This document shows, piece after piece, positions 38,012 through 51,344 of a DNA stretch of 64,000 nt (position 1 is its first letter; every line of letters begins with the position of its first letter). Below the pieces are notes generated by a model. The model saw only the letters and a program-made list of their open reading frames with translations. It had not been told where the DNA came from and did no database searches. The stretch is from Chiloscyllium plagiosum (lineage: Eukaryota), in the NCBI RefSeq assembly GCF_004010195.1, contig NW_025215215.1:8539-72538 (forward strand), read 5' to 3'. A program made the translations under genes and the position numbers.

Positions 38012-38515
38012 GACAGCATATGGACACAGACACACATTGACCCACAAAGAGACATACACACACCGACATACACACACGCTCAGACACATACACAGAGAGA
38101 CACACAGGAATGCGCATGCCACACACTCACACATCTTAGCGTATTTAGGATATAACTCGATAAGTTATGATTAAAGATGGGCTCAAGGATTGTTATGAGA
38201 GGTTAGTAGAACTGGCTTGAAAAACATGTCATCCATGATCAATAGTTCAGTAGACAGGATGGGCCAAATGGCCTTTTCTCTGCTCTAATGTTTTACGCTC
38301 TATGGTACATGCATTTGTCTGCGTTAGTGTTTGTATTTGCATTTGCATGTGTGTCTGTGTGTCAATGTTTTTGGGTGTCTGTACTTTTGTGTATTTGACT
38401 GTGTCTGTGTGTGCACATCTGTGTGTATGTGTTTGAGTGTATTTGTGTGTGTGTGTTTGAGTGTGTCTATATATGCCTGTCAGTGTATGTATCGGTGTGT
38501 GTGTCTGCATATGTT
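37860..38515. repeat. CA-rich (37860-38135) and TG-rich (38310-38515) low-complexity tracts
   Basis: Directly visible degenerate dinucleotide repeats. Confidence 0.9.
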
Positions 38516-38705
38516 TTGGGCTCTTCATTAGTTTTAGAAATGGAAATATCAATGTACATTTTTGTAATTTCTATACTGTTTGTCATTCATCTCTCCGTCA
38601 TAGCTTGAGGAACTTTGTTTCCATCATGAATTTTAACAGATGAAGGAAATCTACATGACCTCCTCCTAGGACGACCCTAACCTAATGTGCTACCTATATC
38701 ATAGG

Positions 38706-38893
38706 AGAAAGTGAGGTCTGCAGATGCTGGAGATCAGAGCTGAAAATATGTTGCTGGAAAAGCGCAGCAGGTCAGGCAGCATCTACGGAACAGGAGAATC
38801 GACGTTTCTGGAAGGGCTATGCCCGAAACGTCGATTCTCCTGTTCCCTGGATGCTGCCTGACCTGCTGCGCTTTTCCAGCAACACATTTTCAT
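38706..38893. mobile_element. Palindromic PLE hammerhead-tail insertion with 16-bp TSD
   Basis: Arms 38741-38808 and 38825-38892 are near-perfect inverted repeats; ctacctatatcatagg is duplicated at 38690-38705 and 38894-38909. Confidence 0.92.
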
Positions 38894-38959
38894 CTACCTA
38901 TATCATAGGCCATGTCATCAAACTGGTTGCACCGATAATTTGCTGTGAGCAATGGAGGA

Positions 38960-40300
38960 GAGGCAGTAAAAAAGAAAACAGTTACTCAACAACCCAGGGA
39001 ACTCTGGACCGGTGAGCCTGACATCAGTGGTCGGTGAGTTGTTGGAGGGGATTCTGAGGGATAGCCAATTGCATGCATTTTCAAAGGTAAGGATTGATTG
39101 GGGACAGTCACTATAGCTTTTTTGAATGAGAAATCGTGTCACACTAATTTGACTGAGTCTGTTAAAGAGGTGACAAAGCAGATTGATGAAGGCAGTGTTG
39201 CGGATGCTTTCCATGTAGACTGGAGCAAGTTTTTCGACAAGATTCTGCATATTAGGCAAGTTAGTAAGGTTAGGTCACATAGGAAACAGCGCACCCAAGC
39301 CAATTGAATACAAAATTACATTGAAGGGAGGCGACAGAGGTTGGTAGAGGATTGCTTTTCAGTCTGGAGGCCTGTGAACAGTAGTGTGCCACAAGAATCA
39401 GTGCTGAGCCCACTGATTTTCGTCATTTATATAAATGATGTGGATGTGACCATAGGTGGCAATGGTAGAAAGTTTCCAGATTACTCTAAAATTGTTGGTG
39501 TTGTGGGTAATGAAGAAAATTATCTCAGAGTGCAATGAGACCTCGATCAGATGGGGCAATGGCAGACAATGGTGTTTAATTCAGATAAATGTGAAGTGCT
39601 GCATTTTGGAAAGCAAATCGGGGTATATAATGGAAATGTCTTGGAGGATGTTGTTGAGCAACGAGAGAGAGAGGTGTAGGTGCAACGCTCCTTAACAGAG
39701 AACAAGATAGTGAACAAGGTGTTTGGCTTGTTTGCCTTCATTGGTCAGAGCATTGAGTTTCGGAGTTGGGATGTCATGATACAGCTGTACAGGATGTCAG
39801 TGAGGCCACATTTTGGAATACTGTGTGCAGTTCTGGTCTCCCTGCTGGACGAAGGTTGCTGTGTAACTTGAAAGGGTTCAGAAAATATTTGTCAAGTTTG
39901 GAGAGTTTGAGCTATAAGCAGAGGCTGAATAGGCTAAAGCGGTTATCCCTGTAGAATCACGGACTTAGGGCTGACCCTATAGAGGTTTATAAAATCATAA
40001 GGAACATGGAGTTTGTAAATAGACAAGGTCTTTTTCCCAGGATAGGGGATTCGAAAAATACAGGGTATCGGTTTAAGATGCGAGGGGAAATATTTTAGAT
40101 GTAACTTCAAGGCAATGATTTCATACAGAGGGAGGTGTGCATATGGATTATCTGCCAGAGGAATTGATGCGTTCTGGCATTTGATGGGTATCTGAATAAG
40201 GAGGTATAGATGAATATGAGCCAAATGCTGGCCATTCAGACTCGATCAGATTGGGATGTCTGATCAGTACGGAAAAACTTGCACGCTGCATGACTCTATA
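38960..40300 (+). mobile_element. CR1 LINE ORF2 remnant
   Basis: KSCHTNLTE, SSVPQESVLSPLIFVIYIND and YRMSVRPHFG motifs; tail gcatgactctata. Confidence 0.88.
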
Positions 40301-41899
40301 AGTGGGATGAGGAGATATTCTAAACAGGCATTTCATGTGGGAATTCTCTTCCCCACAAGTTTGAGATGCCTCTATGTTTACATTGATTCAAAGCTGAGTT
40401 AGTTACATATTTGACAGAGAAGTGAGTCATGGATAATGGGATACAGACAGGAAAGTAGGTCTGATTCCACAACCCGATCAGCCACATTCCTAGTGCCTGG
40501 TGGAGAAGGCTCAAAGTGTCTAATGACCCACTCCTACTCCTCAGTCCCATGTTTCTGTGTTCCATTCAGCCCCTCAAACCTGTTAGACAGGAGCAGTTCG
40601 AGGCTACTTACTGCTATATCCTGGTGCACAGAAACAGAGGAGATCATTCAGTCCCTCAAAACTGTCACACACAATTTGGGCTAGCTTGGAAAATATAATT
40701 GGAAAACACAGGTTGTAGGAAAGAGGTCGCTCACCCCTCCCTGCAACTTATGCTTCATTTGTTGGTCATGTTGTAGACCCAGTTTCACTGTGAATACATC
40801 CCCCATACCTCAACCAGAGATCGTCAGGACAATCTGGCAACATCCAATAACAGAGCTTCCAGGAAAATAACACCCTCTACTTTCCAATAATAGAATGTGA
40901 GGACGCCACAAACAGGGGTATGTCATTCATCCACACGCCCCACCCCCAAGAATGTCTTCATCCACAATAATATCATAAGGTCTAATATCCTCTTTCATGT
41001 CCAATTCTTCACAGCCCTCACCTCTGACTGGTCAAAAAGCGCTCCCTGCCCCCACACTGTGACCTATTGATATGAGCAAACGACGTGAACACAAGGGCTC
41101 AGGGAAGAGTGACCGGCCCTGACATCAAGGCAGAATTTAACTGATGTTGGTCTCAAAGAGCCTGAGCAGAATTGCACTTAATGGGAATGAGTTGTAAACT
41201 TCCCTGGTTGGAATGATTTAAAGCATAAAGCACAATGATTGTGGTTTGTGTACAAAAATCCATGCAGTTCTGGACATGTCTGCAAAAGATCCTCAACGTA
41301 GCATCCTCAGCACAAACATCTTCAGCTGCATTATAAATATCTTGTGCACACCATAAGGTTAGAAGTGGGGATGTTCACTGAAGATCTCACAATATTCAGG
41401 AAAAATGTCCCCCTTCAGCTCCTGAACTAGTCTGTGTCCATGTGCAGCAAGACCTAGACAACATTCAAGCTTGTGCTGTTGGAAGTATCGGTAACATTCA
41501 TGTAACAGTGCTCCTGGACAGTGCACATTTCCACAGTTAAAATCAAGAGATTATTCAGTGCCTCATGCTAGCTTCACAGGAATATGAGGAAGTCATTCAG
41601 CTCAATGATATTATTGGAGTAGTGTCGAGATAGCCCATTTAGTGCCTCCAACCAATTATAAGGAAGAGAAGGAGTCACGTGTTATGGACGACAGTAGTGC
41701 TCCTCAAAAATATTTGAAGGCGTTGGTCTAGACGCCATTAATAATTAAGTGTTCTGATACAGTAATACCCCATAAACATGTACTTGACAAAAAGGAAAGA
41801 TCAGACACAGATTCTCAGATGCAGTTCTTGAATCGAGGAGGGAAAACAAATCAAGTGAAAATTTAGAGAGAGTTGCAGCCAGGAGAATTTCATTGAAGC

Positions 41900-43200
41900 T
41901 TCCAACTCTGTGGAAACCCCAATAGTTTCTGATGTTACTGAGAAACCAAAACCCTTCCTGTAATGTGACTGCCAGAACTGCACACAGTATTCTATCTATG
42001 GTCTAACCAATGGCGTGTTTAACTCATATTATGTCGCCTCGATGAAGGAACACTATGTCGACCATCCCGTGTGATTTCTGAACTGGCTGTTACATTGTCC
42101 AGTCACATTTAGGGATATGTGGAGAAACACCCTCTAACCTCCCTAGTGTTCTGCTATTCATTGAATTCTTCACTGTCTGGTTCTTTCTTCCAAAGTGCAT
42201 CACCTCATATTTTCCAGGGTTCTATTCCATCTTCCAGTAATCTGACCATCTGACCATTCTACTAGCATCTTCCTGTAACGCAAGGCCTTCCTCCTCACTG
42301 CCAACCACCTGGCCAATCTTTGTTTTAAACACAAAATTACTTATAACACTCAGTCCCCACCCCACCCCCCACCACCCTTCCACATTCACATTTACATCAT
42401 TTATTAATATCACATATAATTAGATACACTGCATTGCTCGCTGTGGTACACCACCAGACACTGGTCTATCTCTACCACCTTTCCAGTAACTTGGGACCAC
42501 ATAGCTGTTCTCCAGTTCTCTAGGACCTCCCTTGTGTGATTCGACTTAAACATTTAGGTCAGGACATTTCCTCTCTTGTCTCCAACAGCATCCTGCAACA
42601 CAACTCATCTGGACTTTACATCAGCCAAAACCATCAATCCCAACTTGCATCTTATATCAATCTGTTCGAGAGCTTCCCAGTCCATCTTCTTGAATTCTGT
42701 ACCTGCATCTTCCTTCTCCCAACTAAAACAGATATGAAGCTTTCATGTCACAGGCTATCAATGTTCCCCAGTTTCACATACTGATTACCCTCTTGGTTTC
42801 GAAATGGGTCCTAATGTTTCCCTGGTTATTCTGTTCAGCTTGATATTTTTGTACAACAACTTGGGTTCCCCCTAACTTTGCCTCTGCATTTCTCCATGCA
42901 CCTGTGTTAGTCAGTCTGCAGTGGGTGAATTTTCTAAGTTTCCTTGAGATCACCTCTCATTCTTTGAAACAGTACAGAACACAAGTATAATCTCATCCAC
43001 ACTGCATGCAATCTGTGCAGAACGCCTTTACTTCGATATTCCAATTTCCATTAACTGAAGGCCAACTTCACTTTTAACCTTCCATTTTCAAAATTGTTCC
43101 GAACCACGTTGGTTCAATTTTATTTACTATTCACTTGCTGAACTCTTAACCATCCACCTGAATGTCTAACTATATCACATCCAATAGTTCTCCGTTATCT
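41900..43200 (-). mobile_element. Old CR1-group LINE remnants
   Basis: ORF 42222..42413 (NFVFKTKIGQVVGSEEEGLALQED...WKME) and adjacent degraded CR1 phrases. Confidence 0.65.
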
Positions 43201-43228
43201 CTCCCTACAAGAAACATCTTCTGATGTA

Positions 43229-43360
43229 TTCCTGATGAAGGGCTTTTGCTCAAAACATCGATTTTACTGCTCCTCGGATACTGCCAGAACTGCTGTGCTT
43301 TTCCAGCACCACTCTAATCTAAACTCTGGTTTCCAGCATCTGCAGTCATTGTTTTTACCT
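43229..43360 (+). mobile_element. PLE-derived hammerhead-tail mini-insertion
   Basis: ttc-CTGATGA-agggcttttgctc-AAAA-catc-gattt (GAAA box mutated) plus a complete tail ending ...gcagtcattgtttttacct. Confidence 0.85.
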
Positions 43361-43414
43361 AAGAAACAACTACAAACCATTTCAAAAAAGGTTTGTTAAC
43401 ATTGATTATTTGCG

Positions 43415-46400
43415 TGAGATCCAAGATGGCGGCGATCAAGTCGGCCTGCCCTGCTGAGTTCTGCACCAGAACCAAGACAATGTGATGCATTCACCCTCTG
43501 TTTCTTCCTTACTGTTGTAACATCGGTCGTTTTTAATCCCCAGTATTGCTCTATGCCATTTTAAGTGAGTAAGGAAAATAACTAAGGAAAAAGGACCACG
43601 AGGATCACAACTAGCAAGGACACTGCAGCAATGGATACGTCCTTGGCTGTGACGTCGGCCGCTGCGAACGCCTCAGGGGACTTATCTGTAGAGTAGAGCC
43701 TGGTCTCGGAGTTTAGTGCCTGCGAGAGAACATTGTTTCAGCGATAGAGGAGACCCGAACCAGGCTGGAACTGATCTCAGCCAAGCCGCAGAAATAGGAC
43801 CAGGAGAACCAGCGTCTCGGGCCGCGCATCGTCGAGGTTGAACTGTGGACCACAGCTATGGAAACCATGGCAGAATCCTCAGTGGGTCGGGTCTAAGCCC
43901 TGGAATGGTAGGGAAGGGTCTTAGTAGAGTAGGTCAACGACTCGAAAATCGGGGCCGTCAGAAAAACATCAGCCTGGTCGGGCTGCCGGAACGAGAAGAA
44001 GGCCAGCTCGTCAGCTTCTTGGAGCAATGGCTCATACAATTTTTGAAGCTGGAAGTCAGGGGCAGACTGGGTGCGGGTCGAGTGGGCCCACTGGGTCGCA
44101 GTGTGCAAGACCGGATCAGACCAGCACCCCCACCCAGTCCAAGTGCAAGTCCAAGTCCAGCACGATAGAGAAAAAAAAAATGCTGTAAGCTTCTTGAGCT
44201 CTGGGGAAGGATCCATAGGCTCTGATCTACAAAGGATCACGAATTATGTTTTTCGAAGACCTTTCTACGGCTGTGATCCGCAAGAGGCAGGCCTTTGATA
44301 AGAGAAAAAGGAGCCTGAGGGATGTGAATATTCTGGTAAGATATCTGGTAATATTATGTTTCAGCCATGGAGGGTCTGTGTTTAATTTTGACTCACTGGA
44401 AAACTCAAAGGCCTTCCTGTACACATTAAAATAGAGTGGCTGGTTCAACTAATATGGATAATTATGTTGTCTTTGATTTCTCTGGAGTTTGCCTGTTTTA
44501 CCTCCTTTTTTTAGTATGTGGAACTCCCATTTGTCCCTTTTCTCTCCCTTCTCCTTTCTTCCTCCATTCCCATAATCCTTTGTTTTCCTATCATTTGCTT
44601 TTCATATCTCTCACTTAGATCGGAATGAGAAAGGGGGCTTGGTGATGGTGGGGGACTGCCTCAGGTCGAAGTATGTATGGGATGGATTGAATGCACACTT
44701 TTAATTTTCTTGTTGTAAGATGCTGCAACTTTTTTAAAACTTTGTTTTGCCTGGGTTTGGGGAGCGGCTTCAGCTAGGAGGAGCCATGGGGGATTAACGG
44801 GTAATATGAACACCCTCTGCAGGAAGGGGGAAAGTCTCCACTTATTTGTGTTATATGCTGGTTCATTGTAGAAATAGTTGTTAGAAGTTTCGATTTGGCT
44901 ATTATTGTAGGTATATTTTCAAAGAACTGTTTACTGCTTTCACTTGATGCGCTATTAATGGGGTTCTTCTCCTAGTGGGTTATGGGCTGCTTCGGATGGC
45001 TATGGCTAACCGCTCGTTTAAATGGTGCACATGGAACGTTAAGGAGAGTCACTCGCCGATTAAGAGAAAAAAGATACTTTCAAGCCTCAGAAAGGAAAGT
45101 GTTGATGTAGCCTTGCTACAAGAAACACATCTAACTGATAAGGAGCACTTAAAGTAACAGCAGGGAAGGTCCGGCCCGGTGTTTATTTCATCTTTTAATT
45201 CGAAAAGTAGAGGAGTAGCTTCACTCATTCATACAAACATTCCACTTCAGCTGTTTGACCAAATTAAGGACGAACATGAGTTGTTTCTGATCCTTAAAGC
45301 TTTAATACATGCAGAGGAATATGGGACATTGTATAATATTTTCCGCGGCTCAACCCCTCAAATTTCTAATGGATGCTTTCTCCAGGTTGATGACCCTTGG
45401 GGAACATCGTACAATTAAAGGGGAAACTTTAACCGACTTATGGATCCCGAAGTGGACATGATTTCAAGGGGTCTCACGGGTATTTCCCCGCCATCAAGGC
45501 AGCTGGTGGACCTGAACAGGGAGCTACGTTGGTGGACGTTTGAGATTGCTTCACCCTGAAGGTAGAGACTTCACCTTTTTTCTAACTCACGAAAGTGCTA
45601 TGCCAGGATTGACATAGATTTTGCTCCATTGGCCTTTTTAAATTCGATGCTGCCCTGCAAAATTCTGATCATGCAGCAGTGTACGTAGATGTTAAGGCAG
45701 ATGGCGATGGGACAGACTCGCAGCACTGGCGCATGGATCCTTGCCTCCTGAAAGATAGCAAATTTATTGAGTACCTTTCGCGAGAATTTAAGTTTTTATT
45801 GGGACATTAACTTGGGTACGGCCAGTAATCCGTCGGTGTTCTGGAAGACTGCAAAGGCCCATGCAAGGGGTTTGATTATTTCTTACTCGGTGACTCGGAA
45901 GCGGCAGAAGTGAAAGCAGTAGCGTATGCTTAAGGCTTAAATGAAGGCAGCTGAGACAGCATACTTTGACAGACTGTCTGTAACTAAGTTGCAGCAGATT
46001 ATAGCCCTCCGGGCGACTCTAAACACTGTGCTCACCGAGACAGCAAAGAGCGAGATTTCCTTTGTGAAACAGAGGTTATTCGAGTACGGAGCTAAACTGA
46101 GAAGGTACTTGGCTCACTTGGCCAGAAAGAAGAGTGCCCCCAATCTATTACATCCATTAGTGAGGGTGCTGGTACTATCACCTACGATCCGAAAAGGGTT
46201 AATGCAACATTCAGTAAGTTCTACGCTGGGTTGCTCCAGTCAGAGGATTGTGCGGACAGATTAGTGAAGACGGAGTCCTTTTTTAAAGACCCTGGACCTC
46301 CCAGGTGTAACTTCAGAGCACGAGTCCCTTTTGAATGCCTCTCTGACAATCCAAGAGATACAGGATGCGGTAAGGCAGCTCCAGAGTGGCGAACCGACCG

Positions 46401-48960
46401 GCCCAGATGGCTTGCAGAGTGAGATTTATAAGGAGTTTATAGACATGATGACTGGGCCAATGTTGGATATATTCAATTATATTTGTAGACAGGACTGCCT
46501 CCCATCCTCTCAGAGAAAAGCAAATATTTCTCTTATTGTCAAGAGAGGGAAAACCCCAGAGGATTGTCTATTCGTATAGGCCTATACTGTTATTAAAAAT
46601 GTGGACTTTAAAATTTTGTCGAAAATACTAGCTTTGAGGCTGGAGAAGATCTTGTCCTTCGTTGTGAAAGAGGAACAGACAGGTTTTATTAGGAGTCGCA
46701 GGTCCCCTCTTAATATTAGGAGAGTGCTAAATGTGTTTCAGGTGTGCCAGCAAGGTCGATTCCAGGCTGGATGCAGAAAAAGCATTTTATTGGGTGTAGT
46801 GACCATACCTCTTTTATGTCTTGGAACCGTTTGGCCTTGGAGTTGTCTTTGCATGGTAGATGGCAGAATTATATAGTGACGCTAAAGCAGCAGCAGTTCT
46901 CACTAATGGTATAAGGTCTAATGATATAATTTTAGCATTGGCAGAGGCAGCCGACAAGGGTGCCCCTTTCACCGTTATTATTTGTATTGGTGATTGAGCC
47001 ATTAGCAGAGGCCACCCAGAGGGGTCCCAATATAACTGAACGGGTGGTAGGTTCAGGAAGGCATAACATCATCTTTACACAGATGACGTTCTTCTCTTTC
47101 TAACTAACCCGATGATATCTTTGCCCCATTTAATAGACGTAATTGATTTATTTGGATCTTTCTCGGGGTATAACATCAATTTTATGAAATCGGAGGCCAT
47201 ACCTTTCGGGGTGTTATTCGAGTACCTGATCATGGGGGGTGCAATCCGATTCCCTTTCAGATGGTAACAAGGAGGTTTCCTCTATTTAGGCATTTTTTCA
47301 CACCAGCCTTCGGTCAATAATATAAAGCGAACTTTGCGCATGTGCTCGAGAAGATAAGACAGGACCTTTGGCTCTTAGAAGATATTCCAATATCCTGACT
47401 GGTAGAATACCTCCGGTTAATAGGGATGTACTTCCTAGTTTCTTCTATCCCACGCGAATGGTCCATTTGATGCTCTCCAGGTCGGTGCTATGGAGGCTTT
47501 ACAGTTGGCTAAGCTTGTTTATCTGGCACCAGAGGTGGCCTGTTATGAAGCTCGCCAAATTGCAGCTTCTGCGGGAGATGAAGGGTGTGATTTTCTGGAC
47601 TTTAAGAAATACCAACTAGGTTCCCTGCAATCGGATGTGGCTGATTGAGCTTGCAAAGACCTGCAGTCAGTTTGGCTGGACATTGAGTCATCCCAGGCAA
47701 AATGCCCCCTCATTAATCCGTTGTTCGTGGGCAAGATGAGGACTGTTATGGACCAATGCAGAAATCCAATTGTCCTTAAAATAGTTAAAGCCTGGAAAAT
47801 GATCTGACAAAGTGAGGGCAATTTGCAAAAATGAACTTCCCCTTTTATTCCCATTGTAGGATTGGTAGGATCCCAGCTGGGATTGATGGATTATGGCTTT
47901 CGGCTCTGGGAGTCCAGAGGATTTTCCCTGTTTGGGAGAATTATTTGACGTAGTGGTCATGATGTTTTTAGAGCAGCTGAGCCAGAAATATGAGTTATCT
48001 TGGAGGGGCCACTTTCGTTACTTTCAGTTGAGGAATTTTAGGCAGAAAAAAAAGACTACATTAGTGGTTAGTCCCCATAGGTCTGAAATGAAGAGAAGAG
48101 TGCTTCGTCCACAGGTGCTCTCTCGGTCAGCACCCTCTGTCATTTATTAAGAGGTAATGTCTCAAATGATATAGAGCGGCTGCATGGAATCTGGGCTCAG
48201 GAATTGTGGGTGGAGATCTCACCAGAGGTGTGGGAAGATATTTGGGAGATCGTAAGGAAGATTTCAATTTGTAATAGGACGTAGGCTATGCAGTTGAAGG
48301 TACTCCACAGGGTTTAATTGACACCGGAGCAGCTTGTCAAATTTAAGACAGGATCGTCCCCAATGTGCCCCAAATGTACAATAGATGTTGGTACACGTAC
48401 TTATTGCTTGTGATCGTGCCACAAGCTTCGTAGGTATTGGTGCACTATAACAAGTGTTTTGGAAGGGGTTTTGGGAACCGAGGTCAAGGCATATCTGGAT
48501 CCCCTCCTCTTGGGTTCGCTGAACCTTCCCTCTTTGGACTTGCATAGGAATAAATTGTTTAGTATTCTTTCATTTTGTGCGAGGAAGAACATTCTGATGA
48601 ACTGGGTTCCAGGAAACCTCCCAGGACTCTGATCGTGGTGTAGATTAGTTATGGAGCCCATCCCCCTGGACTTCCTTACGAGTATGGGCACCAGAAAAAT
48701 GAACATTATTATATGAAGTGGCGGCCCTATTTCAACCATATATACATGGTTTTATTGGCTATATTGGTCAGGACATTTGTGTAATAGTGAGGGCTCCGAG
48801 AGGAAGAATTCTGAAAAAACACGGGTATGGCAACACCTGCTACCGGTGATGGGGAGCTTTGGTAGGATTGTGCTGGGCGTTGTAACTTAATGTAATTTAA
48901 TTTAATTTGCCTTGGTTCAGCTCGGTTCAATCTATGTTTTGTTTTGATTTTGTTTTGATA
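43415..48960 (+). mobile_element. Near full-length decayed L1-clade (L1/Tx1) LINE
   Basis: ORF1 remnant ~43580-44434 (LENRGRQKNISLVGLPE...FFEDLSTAVIRKRQAF). ORF2 from ATG 44996: APE endonuclease WNVK...LLQETHL, pre-RT GPDG and DFKILSKILALRLEKIL, RT YTDD at 47076-47087, C-terminal CPKC zinc-knuckle remnant, stop near 48784. Many stops and frameshifts. Confidence 0.93.
43422..43433 (+). promoter_or_regulatory. YY1 consensus site at the L1 5' end (internal promoter)
   Basis: CAAGATGGCGGC exactly at the start of the element. Confidence 0.6.
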
Positions 48961-49179
48961 TCAGCCCAATGACTTTGTGCACAGGGAAGACAATGAGTCC
49001 ATTCAGCCACTCATGCCTCTTACACAGCAACCAGAGTGTGACATTTCACACCATGCGTCAATTATACAGGATTGGAGGGAACAAAGAGAATATCTAGAGG
49101 TGAGAATTCAACCTTATCACCATCACGATGGAATATAAAGTAGTGAGAAAACTGCTGGAATTTAAGAAAATTGTTAAAA

Positions 49180-50840
49180 TCGATTATTCAGGAATTAATG
49201 AAAGGACATTTGCAGAGTCAAGCCACAATCCATCAGAATCAACATAATTTTATAAAGGATGAATCGTATTTTTATTATTTATTTGAGTCTTTAAGAGTGT
49301 GACAAGTAAGCTGCATAATGGGGATCCTGGAGATGTAAAATCAGGACTTGCAGAAGACATTTAATAAGGTGTGAACAAAAGATTAATCTGAAGAATAAGA
49401 TCGCATATGGTTAGAAGTAATTTATTCGCTTGGATATAGGATTGGCGAAACAAAGAATTGCAGTGAGATGGAATAACTGGTTCATTTTCTGTTTCCAAAA
49501 ATACCAAGAGGCTCATTCCCCAGGCCCCAACTATTAGCAATCAATATTATCACTTATTTGAGGAGATGGACATACTATAATCAGTTTTTCAGAAGACACT
49601 GACTCAGGTGATAAATTGTAATGAATGGTTAAGGAGAGGTTGGGCCATTATTTGGCAGATGAAATGAAACAATGAAAAGTTTGAGGCCGTTTTGGTCGGT
49701 GTAACAGAAAGGCAACTTACTATCCAAACAGAGGGAAACTACAGAGTGCTCAGATACAGAGGGATCTGGTATCCTCATCCATATTGCAAAAACACAGATG
49801 CAGGTGTAGCAGGTAATGAGCAAGGCAACTGCAAATTTGGCATTTATTTCTGAAAGAATAGATTATAAAGCGAGGGAGGTGTTGCTGCAATAATGCCGGG
49901 CATTTGTGAGATCGCAATTGATTTCTGTGTACAGTTTTGATACCCTGACTGCAGGAGGGATGTAATTACCATGGAGGCAGATCTGAAGAGGTTTACTAGA
50001 CTGATTCCAGAGATAGGGAGTTTGTCCTCTGAAGTGAGATTGAGCAATTCAGGCCTATACTCTCTGGAGTTTAGAAAAATGGGAGGAGATATCTCTAAGG
50101 ACTGGACAATGCTAAAGGTGATTGATAATGTCGACATGCATTGGGTATTTCCTCATGTGGGGCAATCTACAACAAGAGATCATAGTTTTAGGATAAGTGG
50201 AGAGGAATTAAAACAGTGATGAGAGAACTTCAGTCAAAGGATTGTAAATCAGTGTAATTCAGTATTCTAGAGTGCAGTGGATGCTGGGATACTGAGTAAC
50301 TGAAGGGATATGGAGAGTGGGCCAGAAAGTGGGACTGAGACCGAGATGACATCAGCCATGATTATATTCAATAGTGGAGCAGGCTGACATCACATATGAT
50401 TGTATTCAATGGTGGAGCAGGCTGACATCAGCCATGATTGTATTCAATGTTGTAGCAGTCTGACATCACATATGATTGTATTCAATATTGGAGCAGGCTG
50501 ACATCAGATATGATTGTATACAATGATGGAGCAGGCTGACATCAGATATGATTGTATACAATGGTGGAGCAGGCTGACATCAGATATGATTGTATTCAAT
50601 GATTAAGCAGGCTGACATCAGATATGATTGTATTCAATGGTGGAAAGCGCTGACATCAGATATAATTGTATTCAATGGTGGAGCAGGCTGACATCACATA
50701 TGATTGCATTCATTGGTGGAGAGCGCTGACATCAACGATGATTGTATTCAATGGTGGAGCAGCCTGACATCAGAAATGATCGTATTCAATGGTGGAGCTG
50801 GCTGGAGGGGCTGGATTGCTGACTGATGTTCCTCGTCCTT
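49180..50840 (+). mobile_element. Old CR1 LINE remnant whose 3' UTR carries a tandem array
   Basis: ORF 49971..50219 (KRFTRLIPEIGSLSSEVRLSNSGLYSLEFRKMGGD). Confidence 0.82.
50347..50802 (+). repeat. 38-bp minisatellite, 12 copies
   Basis: Unit tgacatcagatatgattgtattcaatggtggagcaggc starts at 50347, 50385, 50423 ... 50765 with no spacers. Confidence 0.96.
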
Positions 50841-51344
50841 CTTCAGCCCTTCGAACGTGTTACACAGGAATGGGGGAGGGCTGGTTATCGGACAGAAAGC
50901 AGGCACTCCGAATAAATCAGATTTAATCAGTTTAAAAGAATGCAACCAGTCGGGTCGTACAGTGATCAGTGCAGGGTCCTCAGCTATTTACCATCTATAT
51001 CAATGATCTAGAGGAGTGGTACAAATGCACTCTAACTAAGTTTGCCAATGGAACTAAGATAAGCAGGAAAATAAATAACCAATGGAAGTTGTAGAGTATG
51101 TAAATGGATATGGACAACTTAATCGATGGATAAAAGTTTGGCAGGTGGGATTTAACGTCATATATAACCTGTCATTTTCTTCCAGGATTTCTTCCAGGAA
51201 GAACGGCAGGCAGTATGTTACTGAAATACAGAGGGATTACAGGACTTAGTAAAACCGTGTGGACCGGAGGGTTCACTCTGAGCCGTTCAGACATGGCATG
51301 TGTTTCTCCATCACCCTGATCGTCTGCTGCCTGATGTTCCCAGC

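Noticed and set aside
37860..38515. CA-rich and TG-rich tracts as a fold-back structure
   Set aside because: The complementarity is only that expected of opposite-strand dinucleotide repeats; there is no specific arm identity.
50347..50802. CRISPR-like regular 38-bp repeats
   Set aside because: Units are head-to-tail with no unique spacers, no cas genes are present, the context is vertebrate, and the unit derives from a CR1 3' UTR.
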